A stretch of DNA of 59,359 bases from Tubiluchus corallicola (GCA_030141605.1 JAQGDQ010001149.1:1-59359), one strand, 5' to 3'; shown: positions 1-14,344, counted from the first letter of the stretch. Made by a program: numbers and translations. Notes: generated by a model not told the origin, from the letters alone.

Positions 1-109
1 TGATCATTATCACTTCTTATCGTTAATTTCCCTCTCAAAAAGCTACGTGAACTTTATTTCGAATTAATTTTCGTTTCTGTGAAATATTGCTCAACATACA
101 ACCTGATTC

Positions 110-277
110 ATGTTTGAACTATATGAACTGCCCTATATGGCCCCACATGAACTGCCCTATATGGCCCTACATGAACTGCAATATATGGCCCTACATGAAC
201 TGCCCTATATGGCCCTACATGAACTGCCCTATATGACCCTAGATGAACTGCCCTCTGTGGCCCTACATCAACTGCCC
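110..277. repeat. 24-bp minisatellite (TGAACTGCCCTATATGGCCCTACA), ~7 copies
   Basis: Direct tandem units visible; gives the spurious ELPYMALH ORF. Confidence 0.9.
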
Positions 278-1127
278 AAACACACGATTCTCTTCCAAAT
301 AAGGCAATAAATGACAATCATCACCGTGTTACCTGCACGCTGTACCAGGTAAACACCGTCAAGGCGCACCTGACCTCGTTACAACGCCTTCCATCGTTAA
401 TCCCGTAAATTAAACAAAAAACCACCCTGCTACTTTTTTACAGCATTAGCACACTACTAAAGCAACAACCACAGGCTCATGACTCATATGATTACACAAC
501 GCCTTAATACAACGAAAGTGCCTAACACCTCACATATCCAGTTTCTGAATTTGACAATGGATTAGGAATTCCCCGGGGAAAGGCGCTAAAATAATCGCAC
601 AGATTATCAATTAACGTATCAAACTGGCAAAAGTCTTTCATGACATAATATTTCCCGTTTTGAGTGATTTAATGACGAAGCAATCAAATCAGGGGTTAAC
701 AACGTCAGGCTATCCGGGAACAATGGGCGATTTGTTAGAGGCAGATAATACAGCATTATATCACATGAATTATATCTTCCATTTTGACGAAATAAGCACC
801 AGATATACGAATTAGCATCCAGCGTGATTGTACAGCTCACTGTCTAGTCGAAAATTTATTTCAAAGCAATTTATTTCGTGTGTGCTGGTTAAATCAATTT
901 GTTCTGGATGGCAATTCAACACAATTGTGCGTTTTGTGAGTAAAAATTTCGTGAAACCGAAATGTCCCCCACTGACCCCCAGTCCGGAATCCAACCATAC
1001 ACCGAAATAAACAGGGTAAAGATATTAGTTCATTTTTTGTGAACAGGCGTTACGCCTTAGAATTTAGAAAAGTTTTATGATTTGGGGTTAAATGGAAAAT
1101 AAATTTAACGTTCTAACTTTTAGTTAT

Positions 1128-1790
<663 letters not shown>

Positions 1791-3032
1791 TTTTCCTTTC
1801 ATTCGCACCGAGACGTTAACACGACTAGACTAATTTCGACTACCTTTATTAATTCAAATAATTTGATAATACGCTACCTATAAAGGCAAGCGGAAAAGCG
1901 GAAAATCTAAATTCCCAGACGGGATTGTTTGTCATTTTCACTTTATCACCTGTGTGCTTCACAATAATACTGGAGAAAATTTGCCACCTTGGCAAGGGGA
2001 CGCAATTAACAGACAAAGAACGGAACCAGCAGCGGGCCTTTTTAACTCTTTCACTAATCAGTAGGTTGAATTCGATTCTGAAATGAGTTAGACATTGATT
2101 TTCTGCTTTGCGTAGCGAATTCTTCCCCCCCCCCCCCACTCAGGTCTCAACGAAACACCAATGAGCATAAAATATTAATGCTAAAGTCAGTTGGCCAAAC
2201 ACTAAAACGCAAAAAGGTGTGAATGATTTTAATTGGTGGCCGTTTGTTGGCCACGCAGGAGGGGGTCAAGTTTGGTTATATTGACAAGAAGGGAGAAAAG
2301 TGGGGGACAATTCCTGACACCCTGGGGTTCCACATCATGGCAGGTGTGATGGAAGAAATAATAGCCTTATAATTATTATTATAGAGGACACGAAATTTGA
2401 GAAGCGTGGCGTGAGAAGACGCGAGTCAATGAAAATATTTAATGAAATACGTGTGGTCACCTTGGTTCTCCATGGTGCAAAATTACACATCCTTGTCAGC
2501 TAATGTATGAAGAAAGTGGAACCAGGGTGGCAGCGAGATGCTGTCAGTTTTCGTTACTAATAGAATTTATTGCTAGATTTACCATGAGTCTACAACTTTA
2601 TAATGATAATCTACACAGAAAGCATTAAATTAACACAATTTTCACACAGAAAACAATCTATAATTTTTCTTGAGACTACTGATATGCCCCTGGACAACAC
2701 CAGGAAGAAAATCGTGTTGGTGCTGCCCAGATTAATCGTAAATTTGAAATTTGAGAAACAAAAACAGAAATGCATTAAAATATGCTCACTCACTCACTCA
2801 CTCACTTGAGGTTATATTCTAGCAGGCTGCGCAACTGCTTGTTGTGTAATACCTTGCACCTGTTCGTTATGTGGCACTTATATAGAAACTGCGATTAGTA
2901 CTGCCTGTGGTGTCTTATAAAATCTGCCCTTTACATGAATATGAAGGTATATACATTTTCCAAGGAGAATAAGAATTGTTTCTAGAATGTGACGCCCCTC
3001 AGACTTTGGCGCCCTAGGCTATATTATTAGTG

Positions 3033-4661
3033 CTTCCTCTTTAAGCTTTTTACAGTTTAAAGGGAGAAGTTTTAATTATACATGATAGATAAATAAAAGG
3101 ATGCAGGAAGAGTGAAAATACCTTTGTGTTGATTAGAAGAATTATAACCAAGACAGAAACCAAGAATTGTCACTAGAAGAACGTATTCAGACCTTCGGAA
3201 GGCATTTGATTCATTTTTTGGGTCTCTCAGAGTTTTTGCCTACTTATTTAAACCAAAACTGGGCCCAATCTAAACTGTAGGTCAAAACAATCTACTCTTT
3301 AAAATATTGAAAGGAAACATACTATTTGATCAAATAACATGAAAGAATTGTTAGACTATTGGTTAGTACGCTCCTGATTTTATCCTAACATTACTGCTCA
3401 CAGTCGTGGAAACATTGGTTATACTATCATTTTTTGATAGCTTACCGCTCAACGATGTACAATTTTTTTCTCAATGAAGAATTTTATTGTTATTATTACA
3501 AAAACAAGAAGCAACATCTGTTATTTATCAGACTATCACGTTCAAAATGCATTCTGGGATATGAAAGGTCTATAGACTACATAATTAATTTATACATGTA
3601 AGCAGACAGTTTCTTTCTTGGACTAAATTATTTTTACATAACAATGGCACCACATACACCAGGGATCGTAGGGTAATCATGGAATGCTTTTGTGGTTCAA
3701 AAAGAAATGAATATTTAGGCCCGCAACAAAATTAGATTATCAACATCATAAAGAACGAGTATAGATAGTAAAAAATATGTCAAAAATAAAGGAAAACAAG
3801 ACATATCATATCGTCCGCGTAAACTTTCTAAAAAAGAAATTTACTGTTTTTATTTTTCTTTTTTTAACAATTTATTTCTTATATTACATGAACACAAGAT
3901 GATTTTTCATATACTACCCCGTTTTCAAGTACGATAAAAAGTAAACATTTTAACATAATTAATACTGCAAAAGCGTTTCTGATAATTAAATAATAGATTA
4001 AAAACTTAATTAACGGCGGGCGAGCCCAACTATTGATGACATCACAAACTAACTTAATTTTCAACATCAAAAACATTCCATAAGCGTGTTGCACGTGTTT
4101 GCGGAAGGGAAAATTGAAGTACAGTGCTACTGTAAGTGATTCAGTGTGTTGTACTAAAACACGGCAAGTTTTAAGATAAAAATTCAAATTTCAATGTATG
4201 AATTGTCGAACCTGTTTTTGTGCAATGCGTTTTCGAAATGCAGGCGCTAGAGCCCGTCTAACTAATGAATGGCGAAATACAAGTAAGAGCGAAGAACTAG
4301 TGGCGCGAACACGAAATTGTGTTTGTGTGGTAATAATTCTTTCACGTTAATCATTTTTTGATCAAATAGTATGTTTCCTTTCAGTATTTTAAAGAGTAGA
4401 TTGTTTTGACCTACAGTTTAAGATTGGGCCCAGTTTTGGTTTAAATAAGTAGGCAAAAACTCTGAGAGACCCAAAAAAATTGAATCTAATGCCTTCCGAA
4501 GGTCTGAATACGTTCTTCTAGTGACAATTCTTGGTTTCTGTCGTGGTTATAATTCTTCTAGTCAACACAAAGGTATTTTCACTCTTCCTGCATCCTTCTA
4601 TTTATCTATCATATATAATTAAAACGTCTACCTTTAAACTGTAAAAAGCTTAAAGAGGAAG
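3033..4661. repeat. Inverted duplication, ~320-bp arms (3033-3353 / 4331-4661), ~1-kb spacer
   Basis: Arms are reverse complements with scattered mismatches, e.g. CAAGAATTGTCACTAGAAGAACGTATTCAGACCTTCGGAAGGCATT and its reverse complement near 4490-4535. Confidence 0.9.
3887..4440 (-). mobile_element. Non-autonomous TTAA-flanked DNA element, family A (Kolobok-like)
   Basis: Homologous to copies at 21692, 37561 and 46746; ends GATTGGGCCCAGTTTTGGT|TTAA. Strand is relative only. Confidence 0.75.
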
Positions 4662-4679
4662 AAATGAGAAATTCTAAAA

Positions 4680-5125
4680 TACATCCCAAAGAATTTTCCA
4701 TACAAAGTTATGTTACTTAGCATTATGCTTACCTGTTTGAAAGACTTATGTAATTGGAAAAGAAAATTCTTAATAATTTAAAATAGTCGCGCCATCTGGT
4801 ACAGCCTCACTGACTGTACATCCATCCCAGTGTGCACCTTTGGTTCTTGATCTTAGTGAAAACATAAAGTAATTTACACTTTTGCTTAGTTAGCGCATGC
4901 TCTGATTATTTGTTCAAACTTTACGCAATGTTATCTAAGCTTGTGTCAAAAGACTAACCATTAAAATGGCTACGCCTAATGAGGGAATTTAAATTTGCAA
5001 GTTTTTTACGCTATTATTGCTAACGCAAGCTCTGTATGCAATAAGACACCATGTGAGTGATATAAAATTTTAAAATTTTTTAAGCTTTACACACGAAGAG
5101 CGTTTTCTTGTGCTTTAAAGGCTTA
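4680..5125 (+). mobile_element. Interspersed repeat family D (unclassified, probably a DNA-transposon derivative)
   Basis: Shares blocks (CAAAGTTATxTTACxTAGCATT...TTACCTGxTTGAAAGA; GCAAGCTCTGTATGCA) with 15040-15440, 25570-25980 (inverted), 28180-28445 and 40575-40765. Confidence 0.6.
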
Positions 5126-5539
5126 TTTTACGTGTGACGGCATTACCACTAGGCTAAGAGACATGTACGCACGCTTTCAACATAAATATTTAACAATAAC
5201 CAATATACATGGGGCTACATCACCTAATCAAATTGAGATTTAGGCATGAAGAGTGTATATGCGACATTGATATTTGCTAGGAAACGAGGACAGGCATTTG
5301 AAGTGTTCGCTGGAGACTTGATGTTGTCCTAGGCAATACCAGCTTAAAGTAAACAGAGTTGGTTCAGTATGAACTTAGAAACGCTAATATTAACTTTGCA
5401 CTGCTGTTGAATTGTTATGTCAAATACGTAATGAACTTCACAATGTTGATGCATAGATCTTTTTACATTTAAATCTCTTTCAATTTAGCAAGGAACAATA
5501 GTTTCCATTATTTAATTCAGCTTAAGTCATTATTAGGCT

Positions 5540-5785
5540 CCGTACAAACTAACACCTCTGAAATGAGAGGTACTGCACCTGTTTTTTGTGCAACGCATTT
5601 CCGTAATACAGGCGTTAGTGCCCATCTAAAGCAAATGGCAAAATGCACGTAACAGCGAAGAACAAGCCTGTCGAACGCTAAACTGTATTTGTGTGGTAAA
5701 TTTTGGAAAAAATAGTATGATACTTTCAATATTTTATAGAGTAGATAATTTTGAGCTACGGTTTAAGATTGGGACCGATTTTGAT
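5540..5785 (-). mobile_element. Family A fragment
   Basis: Matches 4210-4440 (GCACCTGTTTTTTGTGCAA...TTTAAGATTGGGACC). Confidence 0.7.
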
Positions 5786-5862
5786 TCGCTTCTGAGTCAT
5801 ACACAAAATGAAAAAAAATCCAGCTAAACATCTCAATGACGTCTTCAACAATGAAAACCTAC

Positions 5863-6020
5863 CTTATTGGCTAACTCCAGCAGATTCTCTCCGCTCTGAG
5901 AGGAGATGTCAATGTTACCTCCGGCTGCTTCTATCATTTTCTGCAAAGTCTTGGGCTCCGGGCTCAGGTCACGTGCTCCAGAGTCGAATTCCCAAGATTC
6001 CTGCTTTCCAGAGGTCGCTC
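5863..6020 (-). CDS. MCC: Next internal coding exon of MCC-like gene
   Basis: Acceptor tttctacccgttacAG|GA, translation (G)ATSGKQESWEFDSGARDLSPEPKTLQKMIEAAGGNIDISSQSGENLLELANK, donor |GTaggt. Recalled MCC motif ESWEYDSGARDL...LELAN. 158 bp; its phase-1 start joins the upstream exon in frame. Missed by the ORF track. Confidence 0.9.
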
Positions 6021-6287
6021 CTGTAACGGGTAGAAATTGCAGAATAGCGTCGTTTAAAGGTCTAAAAACTCACAGTGGTTTGTGATGTTGAAACACAACA
6101 ACAATTCCTTCCATTTTTACAAAATGTTAAAATATTTTGTAGCTGTAAACGACAACTTTGTATTTTCAAAAGAAAATTATTTTTTTTATTTGGACAATGA
6201 AGTGACTTTCTTGCTTTATAGTAGGAGAATCACTTAATTTTATTTCAATAATTCTGTATCGGGTTTAGGCCTTGAAATATACACCTT

Positions 6288-6530
6288 TTATAGCTCAATG
6301 GTAGCGTGCTTACTTTCCAGCCGGGAAATAGTGGGTTCAACTCCCGAGTCAACATTTGAAAAACTGTACCGCTGGTTCTTCCACCAAGCACGCGGGTTTA
6401 TTAAAGTAGCATGCAAGTAATAATAATCGGGACCACCTTGGAAATAAGTATTGAGTTACTTAAGGTGTTATCTCTGGGCTATGTCTAAACTATTATTATT
6501 ATTGTTGTTGTTAATTTTATTATTATTATA
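6288..6530 (+). mobile_element. tRNA-derived SINE
   Basis: A box TAGCTCAATGG, B box GGTTCAACTCC at tRNA-like spacing, a 3' segment with stem-loop potential (CACCTTGG...TAAGGTG) and a (TAT)n tail. Confidence 0.7.
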
Positions 6531-6701
6531 TGTGAACCTCACATAAAGACGTAAAACCTTTCAGAAATGTAGTCTATGCTTTCATAGGGACGTTTTGAAT
6601 AGACATCAATTCCTATGAACTATTAATGTCTGTGACAGGTTTAGATTCAGGCCTATATAAAGTCTAATGAAAATTCCAACAAATATGCAGTTGACATTTA
6701 A

Positions 6702-7249
6702 AGGAAGACCGGACGATTGTTAAGACTCAATCTCATTTCAATTTACTGTCCAAAATATATATTTTCCTGCCTGTAAAAGTTAACAATTGTTTCTTGTAGT
6801 TGAATAATTAGCTTAGAAAGTTAATTAACGGCAACCGAACACAGTTATTGCTTACGTCAGAAACTAACCACAGTTTGTACAAAGGCAGGCATTTTCCCTT
6901 GCGCGTCAAGCACGTTTGCATAAGTGTTACAGTACTGTTTAAACGCATGATGTCACGAAGATGGGGTCTACGTCATATGACGTCAGAAACTAACACTGCA
7001 GTTCATGATCATGGTTATCACGGTACCGCCTTCTATTTGTCGGCCACGCGCACGTGACAAAAAGGCGCCGCTGCCAATCTTAGTAGATTCACTGAGCCGC
7101 GCGTAGCTTTGAAAGTTTAACAAAAATTGAGCAACCGAGGTAATTATTATTTAATCTAAGCTTTGATTTAAAAAAAGCTATTGTAGTTTTCAATATTTTA
7201 GAGCATTCTTTATTCTGAACTCGTGTTTATACAATCGTCCAGTTTTCCT
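6702..7249. mobile_element. Complete MITE, 19-bp TIRs, TTAA target duplication (Kolobok-like)
   Basis: TTAA|AGGAAGACCGGACGATTGT ... ACAATCGTCCAGTTTTCCT|TTAA; 17/19 TIR match. TTAA with RR..YY termini is the Kolobok signature (piggyBac begins CC). Confidence 0.85.
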
Positions 7250-7969
7250 TTAAAAAATTACCAAGGAGACCTGCCATTTCAATGACTTCTCAATACTTGA
7301 CAGCGGCCATTGTTTATTTACATTTTTCTTTTATATTATTGCCCATTAGAAACCACTATGCAGTTTTGGTTCTGAGCGTTAGTTAATCTACTATTACAAT
7401 GCACTCATACGACACTGAGACAAGCACAGAACACAAAAGCAACATGCAAGTTTGCGCATGCGCACAATTACAAACGAATTAAGACTTCATTATTGACAGG
7501 AAAGTATAAATCTCATGTCACAGAAAATGTCTAAAGCGCAGTGATACAGGACCGAATAATCATAAATCAGTCCATTATCAATTCTTAATCCTGTTACGCA
7601 ACATTAACTTCTGTGGGCTAATCATCTTGCTGGTCAAACGTTTCGACTCAGTAAAAGTCCATAATAACTTAGCGGTGGAATTGGTCAAATTTACACAAGA
7701 GAATAAACCAATGTTTACTAATTTGCCATGAAAATATTCAAGTTGTTCAAAATGTGTTTCACTGAGTATAAGAGCTCACAGTGGTATATTTCTTGAATAA
7801 ATATTGATAGTCAAATAAACCCTGGAACTCTGAACTTGTAAATAAACTCGTTGAATTGACAGAGGAAAAGACTAAGAAGGTTTACGACTAGCCTAGTATT
7901 TACGAATTTTAAGCCCAATCTGGTATCACCAAACAGAGATTATAGTTAGATATTGGCTGGCTGCTTTAA

Positions 7970-8921
7970 AGGAAAAGACAACTAACTTAACAGTAATAAT
8001 AGTAATAGCGATAGTGATAGTGATAGTGATAGTGATAGTGATAGTGATAGTGATAGTGATAGTGATAGTGATAGTGATAGTGATAGTGATAGTGATAGTG
8101 ATAGTAATAGTAATAGTAATAGTAATAGTAATAGTAATAGTAATAGTAATAGTAATAGTAATAGTAATAGTAATAGTAATAGTAATAGTAATAGTAATAG
8201 TAATAGTAATAGTAATAGAACAGTAATGGTAATGGTAATAGTAAAGTAATAGTAATAGTAATAGTAATAATAATTTTATTTTTCTCCATAAATTTACAAT
8301 GATTTGACAATAAAACACGCAAATATACAAACGAACATGGGAGAAAGGGTGGCGAAAAACCAAAGGTTATCGAGTCAACCACCCTTAACATGGTGAGTTT
8401 ATTTTACTATCGCTTAAACGTAGAAAAATATAACAAAGAAATTTGCAAAAAACTGTCTGCAAAGCTAAAGTTTATCAATACTGCTACTGAATAGAAATTT
8501 CAAGCGCGACGGTTACCGCCATTCAAATGAAAATTATGACGTAACTGGAAGACTTCGCGACTCTTCGTAAACGCATCGTGGCTTTCCGTAAACGCGCGCT
8601 GGTTAAACTAATTCAAATTTTTGTAGCTTACCTAATGTACATGTAAAAATATCACAAAATTATCTATCCATTTTTTGTCAAAAAACTTATAATACTTTTG
8701 ACGGAAATTAACAGCGCACTGCTTTTCTTCAGTCGGTGAATGACGTCATTGGTGGAAGAATGAGCGTACAAAATGGGAGCGCCCAAGCGTGAAATGATCG
8801 TGAATTTAAAATGATTTTATTAATTACACGAGACACTTATCCCACTTTTATTAGTATTTTCTTCTATCATTTTTCCAAACATTGAAACTAGCCAAGCTTC
8901 GCAGAAGGCTAGTCCTCTCCT
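7970..8921 (-). mobile_element. Family B TTAA-flanked non-autonomous element, interrupted by a retroposon
   Basis: Starts TTAA|AGGAAAAGACAAC; after removing the insert it is the reverse complement of 36715-37232 and 49056-49592. Confidence 0.8.
7993..8383 (-). mobile_element. 5'-truncated non-LTR retroposon 3' end with expanded hexamer tail, 7-bp TSD CTTAACA
   Basis: CTTAACA at 7986-7992 and 8384-8390; minus strand reads GGTGG...CCACC stem-loop, AATAAA, then (ATTACT)n/(ATCACT)n. Confidence 0.8.
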
Positions 8922-9839
8922 CAAATTCTTTTCAATCAAAATCTTAATTTAATTTAAAGGACAAATTACCAAACGCAACAGCAAATTCAGTCGAATCTTT
9001 TGCCGAAAAATGCAAAGCAAACGTCTTTTAGCGAAAGTTTCAGTTAAATGGGTTAAGGCGCTCACGCTAAATGTGAGACGAAAGCTGCTTAACCCTTTAG
9101 CAAACAAACAGGAACGCGCAAAGCTATTTCGAAGGATGTAAAACAAACCAAAGCAAAACAAACAGCAAAAACAACCGTTAGCGTTTCCACAATTTCTAAA
9201 CTGAATTCTGTACAGCAGCAAACGTTCTATATATTTCATTTCATATTAATTAGTGCCAAAAATACATACAATACAAAAAACAAGACATCCATACAACTTC
9301 AATTTTAAAATACAGTGACACTGCAGACAAACAAAACAATTATTGATAAAACAAATATTATGGAATCGATCGTGCTAGTTATTTTAGTTATCTAAAAGAA
9401 AAGTTTAATAATTACTGTTTAAAATAAATTGTCATTCATCAGGCCTGATTTTCAATGATATGATCATTACATCACGTCTTAAAAACGCTGTTTCAACATA
9501 ATCAAAAATGTTTTGATTACTTCTAAATCACCAGCCTCCATCAAAAATAAAATTTTATTAGCATCGCTGATAAAGAAAAATTGTGATATAATTGCACTGA
9601 TGTGATCATATAATTCCATCTATGATTACTGTAATGTGGGCATTTTATAACAAAGTGTAATTCGTCTTCGATTTCATTTCTTAAACAATATGTGCATATA
9701 CTTTCAAATACGGCTTCCAAGTAGACTTAGTTTTCAGTATATAATCACTTTGGATACGGAAATCACTTTTCACAAATTAACATTAACAATATTAAGTCTC
9801 GTAAATATTTAACAAACCTGCTACTTTTTAACTTATATA

Positions 9840-10411
9840 TATTATATATTAATTCCTTATTTGTCTTTAAAATGGTTCACTCATTATAATAAAATTGAGT
9901 AAGCCTCAGCGTAATGTTAAAATAACAACACTGTTCAAGACAAATGCGTCCAGTGCATACTAAAAAAAAAACTAAAGTGCAAAACTAAGGCCTAATTATG
10001 TACAATAAAAGAACATATTTACAAACACCATATTAAAATATTTTTACAAAACAATATTACAAAAGTACATTAAATTTTACATGACATATTTTACACTATA
10101 TATACATTAGACATGACACAAATAACACAAACATGCTTTACATTAATTTCACTCATTACATTTACACTATCTATACATTTGACATTACAAAACTAACATA
10201 ACACGTATTACATTACATAATTTTTTTAAAAATTTTTACATTCTTAATCCTTTTATGGAGTCAGGGGCGGGGGTAGATGAAAGTTGAGTCTGTATAATTA
10301 GTATCAGATGCCTAATCTGGAAGTTGAAACCTGTTAAACTGATATTCTTTTAATTTCTTTTTAAAGTGGTGGAGAGATTCTATTTGTTTTATTTCAATGG
10401 GTAGTAAGTTT
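9840..10411 (-). mobile_element. 5'-truncated LINE (CR1/L2/Crack group), ORF2 C-terminus plus 3' UTR
   Basis: Minus frame NLLPIEIKQIESLHHFKKKLKEYQFNRFQLPD* (stop ~10312) fits the WNxLPxxIKxxxSLxxFKxKLK end motif; AT/TG-rich UTR follows. Confidence 0.7.
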
Positions 10412-11323
10412 GTGCCCACAACTATGTAAGCACGCCCTCTGTTGAAGGATTGACATTTCTTACTAGGCCTAGACAAGAGTTCAAAGAGTGTTTCGTCTGA
10501 GAGAAACCAGCAGAAGTTTTTCTCAAACCACAGAATAAATTCCTATCTAAAGCGGCAACTTTAGCAAACAGTTCACGATCCATTGAAGCTTTTATTGCTG
10601 TTAAACATGCGAGCAGAGACCGCAGAACCCAATAAACTTTCAACAACTTGTCATAACACTTGTACTCGGGCGAAATAAAACTTTTTTATAAAATCCTTAA
10701 TTTCCTTTATACAACCAGCAATTATTTGAAGGCGAGAGATGAATTTCTCAGCATGCCTTTTGACTGACATTGAATAATAATTGTAGCCTATGAAAGTGAA
10801 ACGCGCCGCGAATAATGCTTGGCGTTGTTCCAAACAAGCCGCGCGGCACTTAAGGCTAGTCTATTCAGTGATTATGTCAAATAACCGTAAAAATGGTTTC
10901 AATGAAGTTCCCGCGCAAAGTAATGGGGCAATATTTATTGAACTAATCTTCAAATGTGGAATTTTAGCAGGTTCTCCCTACTTCATTGATGCGTTCTATA
11001 GATAACATTTATCTTAGATTTGTTCACTGCATAAAATGAAACGAAAGTACTAAGATGTGACTTTCTTTTTTTATTTTTTTTTTACTTTTTCGTCATAAAC
11101 TTGTATACTAGAATGGTCTAAGCGATAGTACTGTAAACTTAGACAACATAGCCGTAAAAACGATGGAGTGTTATGCTCAGGCCTATGTGCATTAATGCTA
11201 TAAAAATTAGCTGTCATAAATAATACACAATAGAACTACTATTATTACGTTTTCGACTGACAAGTTCTAGTTTAAATTGCTTTAAAATCAAATGTCATCC
11301 CTATGCAATGATTATGTAACCAA

Positions 11324-11620
11324 CGAATAAAGTTTCACTAAATACGAGTGAACCAATAGGTGAAATTAACGATTAGATGTGACAATTTCAAGGTCTATTC
11401 CAAAGTTTAAGTAAGTGTTTCAAAAGACAAAATCCATCGAATAAAGTTTTTCAAAATACGAGTGAAACTATAGTTAAAACTAACGAATACGTATGACTAT
11501 GTCAAGGTCTGTTCCAAAGTTTAAGTAAGTGTTTCAAAAGACAAAAACCAATGAATAAAGTTTCTCTAAATACGAATGAACCTATAGTTAAATTTAGCGA
11601 ACACGTGTGGCCATGTCAAA
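11324..11620. repeat. 114-bp tandem repeat, ~2.6 copies
   Basis: GAATAAAGTTT recurs at 11325, 11439 and 11553. Confidence 0.85.
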
Positions 11621-12709
11621 GTTTAGACATACGAACAACTTGCAGTTTCATTACAACAGCAGATATAATAAATTTAAACAATACATACAATATTTACTAG
11701 CCAATCTGTCGAGGATCATAAACACATAAAGAACGCTACTAATAAAATTGTCCCAAACAACCGCTAATTCATAAACATAGAAAAGGCGGGCTGAGAAAAC
11801 CACACGGCAGTAAATTATAATTATGTAATTATTACAGTGCTTATAATAAAAGTTGCAAAATTCTAATGATTTGATGCTTTTATGGAATTAAATGTTCGTA
11901 ATGCCATTTCTGTGCATAATTTGCATCAAATTTTACAATTTGTTTTTAGACTCATGTAAACTTGTGCCCATTCTAAATGATGATGATATGCACAGCATTA
12001 ATTCTCGGGCAATAAAGTGATTTGAATTCAAATTATGAAGTGAATATCATTATTCAAATGTTGCAAAAAATGAATGCTTGTTCAACGTATAGCAGATCCC
12101 ACGATTATAAAATAATCAGTTCTCTTGCTTTTCGACATGAAAATTTCATGTTGTGATTATTAATACACTACAAATAAATTTCGTCATCTTTTTATTAATT
12201 AAAGTTTCTACCACCAAATTGCCACCTTTAGAAATTTATTCTTGAATGGTTCCTGTAATGCACAGTCTATACAATGTCTACAATTCACCAGTGACCTATT
12301 CTTACAGTCTGTGGTGAGTTTATGATCAGTCCAAGGTCTCCGCTATTGACACTTGATCGTAAATTAGCCAGGTTGACTTCTTCCACTAATTAACACTTAG
12401 CGGACGAGGCACACACCCTTTTCATTATGAAACCTTAATAGCCAGACAGATGGTCAATGCCTGGATGATCATTGCACACCTTGTTAGCAATAATTTCACC
12501 TGTACAGGTGAAGCAATCTGTTACTAAGGGAAATGAATCTGCAGAACAATACCTGTTTGCTCACCTTTCAGTAGGTTCATTAAACTACAATATCAGCAAG
12601 CTGCAGCTCCCTAAACATCTCCTGGGATTAAAATGTCTGTTTTTGCCACGTTATATAATGTTTAAAAATGTCACCTAAACGACATGAAGCTGATTTTTTA
12701 AAATTTTTA

Positions 12710-13080
12710 AAGGAAAACAGGATGATTTTTCATAATCCTACTTCATTTGAAGTACAGTAAAAAGTACACAAGTGCACCAAAAGTGCTGTACCAAGGTGTT
12801 TATGATAATTAATAATAGCTTAATAACTTAACTAACGGCCAAAGAGCACAACAAGTAATAAGAACTGAACAAGATTTTAACCAGCACAAACATTCCACGA
12901 CCGTGTTGCACGTGTTTGGTAAAGTGAAAATTGAAGTACAGTGCTACTGTACAACATTCAGTGTAATATGTAAAAACTGGACAAAAAAACTGGACTTAAA
13001 AATATAAACTTCAAGTTTAACGCTGTGCTCACGCATGAGCTCTCCAACGTGTGCACTACGTCACAGCTGAATACCTCTGA
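12710..13080 (-). mobile_element. Family A internally deleted fragment
   Basis: TTAA|AGGAAAACAGGATGATTTTTCATA terminus and the internal CGTGTTGCACGTGTTTG...ATTGAAGTACAGTGCTAC block. Confidence 0.65.
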
Positions 13081-14344
13081 ATTTAAGTGGCTTTCTTAAT
13101 TGGCTCCACCTTTTAGGTGATAATCTTTACGCGACCTTTGAACTCTATCACGATTCGAAGTCTGTTTGGTAAAATTGTGTCTTTCTGATAATATCTTTTC
13201 ACACATTGTATACTTCAACTTTGTTTATAGCAACACAATCAACAACAAATACACCAAATCAGCAATTCTGCATCAAAACTATAACGTTTGCTGTAGATTA
13301 GTCATTATAAAATTATTTGTGAATTGTAAAAATTTTCGTAAATTTAATTTTCTTTAGTGGTTCTAGATATAAGACACCTGTCCAACCTGCAGAAAATATT
13401 ACATAACGTTCATTACCTAATCGGAACTTTTGCAGTATCTTCAGTGGGCTGTTGGCGTTTGGACACAAAAACATTCTCCGGGTTAATGTCCTCAATTAAC
13501 ACAATTAAAACACAAGAAATTTATTAATTAATTATCAAAGAAACGAGACATCCGAACCACATATTACCCGAACTAGTCATAGATACAGAGAACTAGTCAT
13601 AGATACAGAGAACACAAAGCAATAATCTTTTTCACTGAAAAATCCTTTTACGCGTAGTTTTAAAACTAAATTCTATGCTCATATACAGACAAAAAATGTG
13701 TAGACTATTTACACTGTGCGTGTAAGACCTCTAAACAAGACTTGTCCAATATCTCGTCACACCCAGCCGACTGATAGTAATCTCAACTAACAACAATAGA
13801 ACGGGTTTCTAAATTTCATATTCTCTTTTCACCTGCCATAAATTTTACAATCTATAAAATAGTCGACAAAATTATAATTCAGTAGCAAGTGCAAAATGCC
13901 GGCGGGCAGTGATTGGAAGTGCACCATTTACTCTGCACAGAAGGGGATTGTTGTGCAACGGAAGAAATAGCACATGTCCGCTTATTATAATCTCCCATTT
14001 TGAATAATGTAATAACTGAATCAGGCTTGTATGACAGCTGCAATCATGTGCAGAGAGTTTTAATGATTAAATTGAAAAGGGGAGTTAAATGGCAAGGACG
14101 CTGGAGTGCCTGGAGGGAGGATTTAAAAAGGGAAGGCGATATGCGTGTGTACAGAATACGATAAGTGGTGTTTTGCAAGGTGTCGTAGAAGCTGTGAAAT
14201 ACTGACTCACCCTTGACTCATTTATGTACTCGTTCGCTTGCTCACTTATCCACTCACTCATTCACACATTAAGAGGAACATCACTGTTCACAAATATTAA
14301 CCATACTGCTAGTTAACTGAAGAAGGAAGGTTTGGAAAAAGTTT

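Noticed and set aside
2455-2480. Minus-strand CACCATGGAGAACCAAG|GTGACC as an alternative MCC first exon
   Set aside because: Weak donor, and phase 1 does not match the phase-0 end of the 5863 exon; no other support.
3879-4187. Similar ~100-aa ORFs (also 21892-22191, 46783-47025) suggesting a small gene family
   Set aside because: They lie within MITE family A; starts are TTG and frames differ or break among copies.
6288-6360. Possible tRNA gene
   Set aside because: A and B boxes are present but there is no convincing acceptor stem, and it continues into a SINE body and tail.
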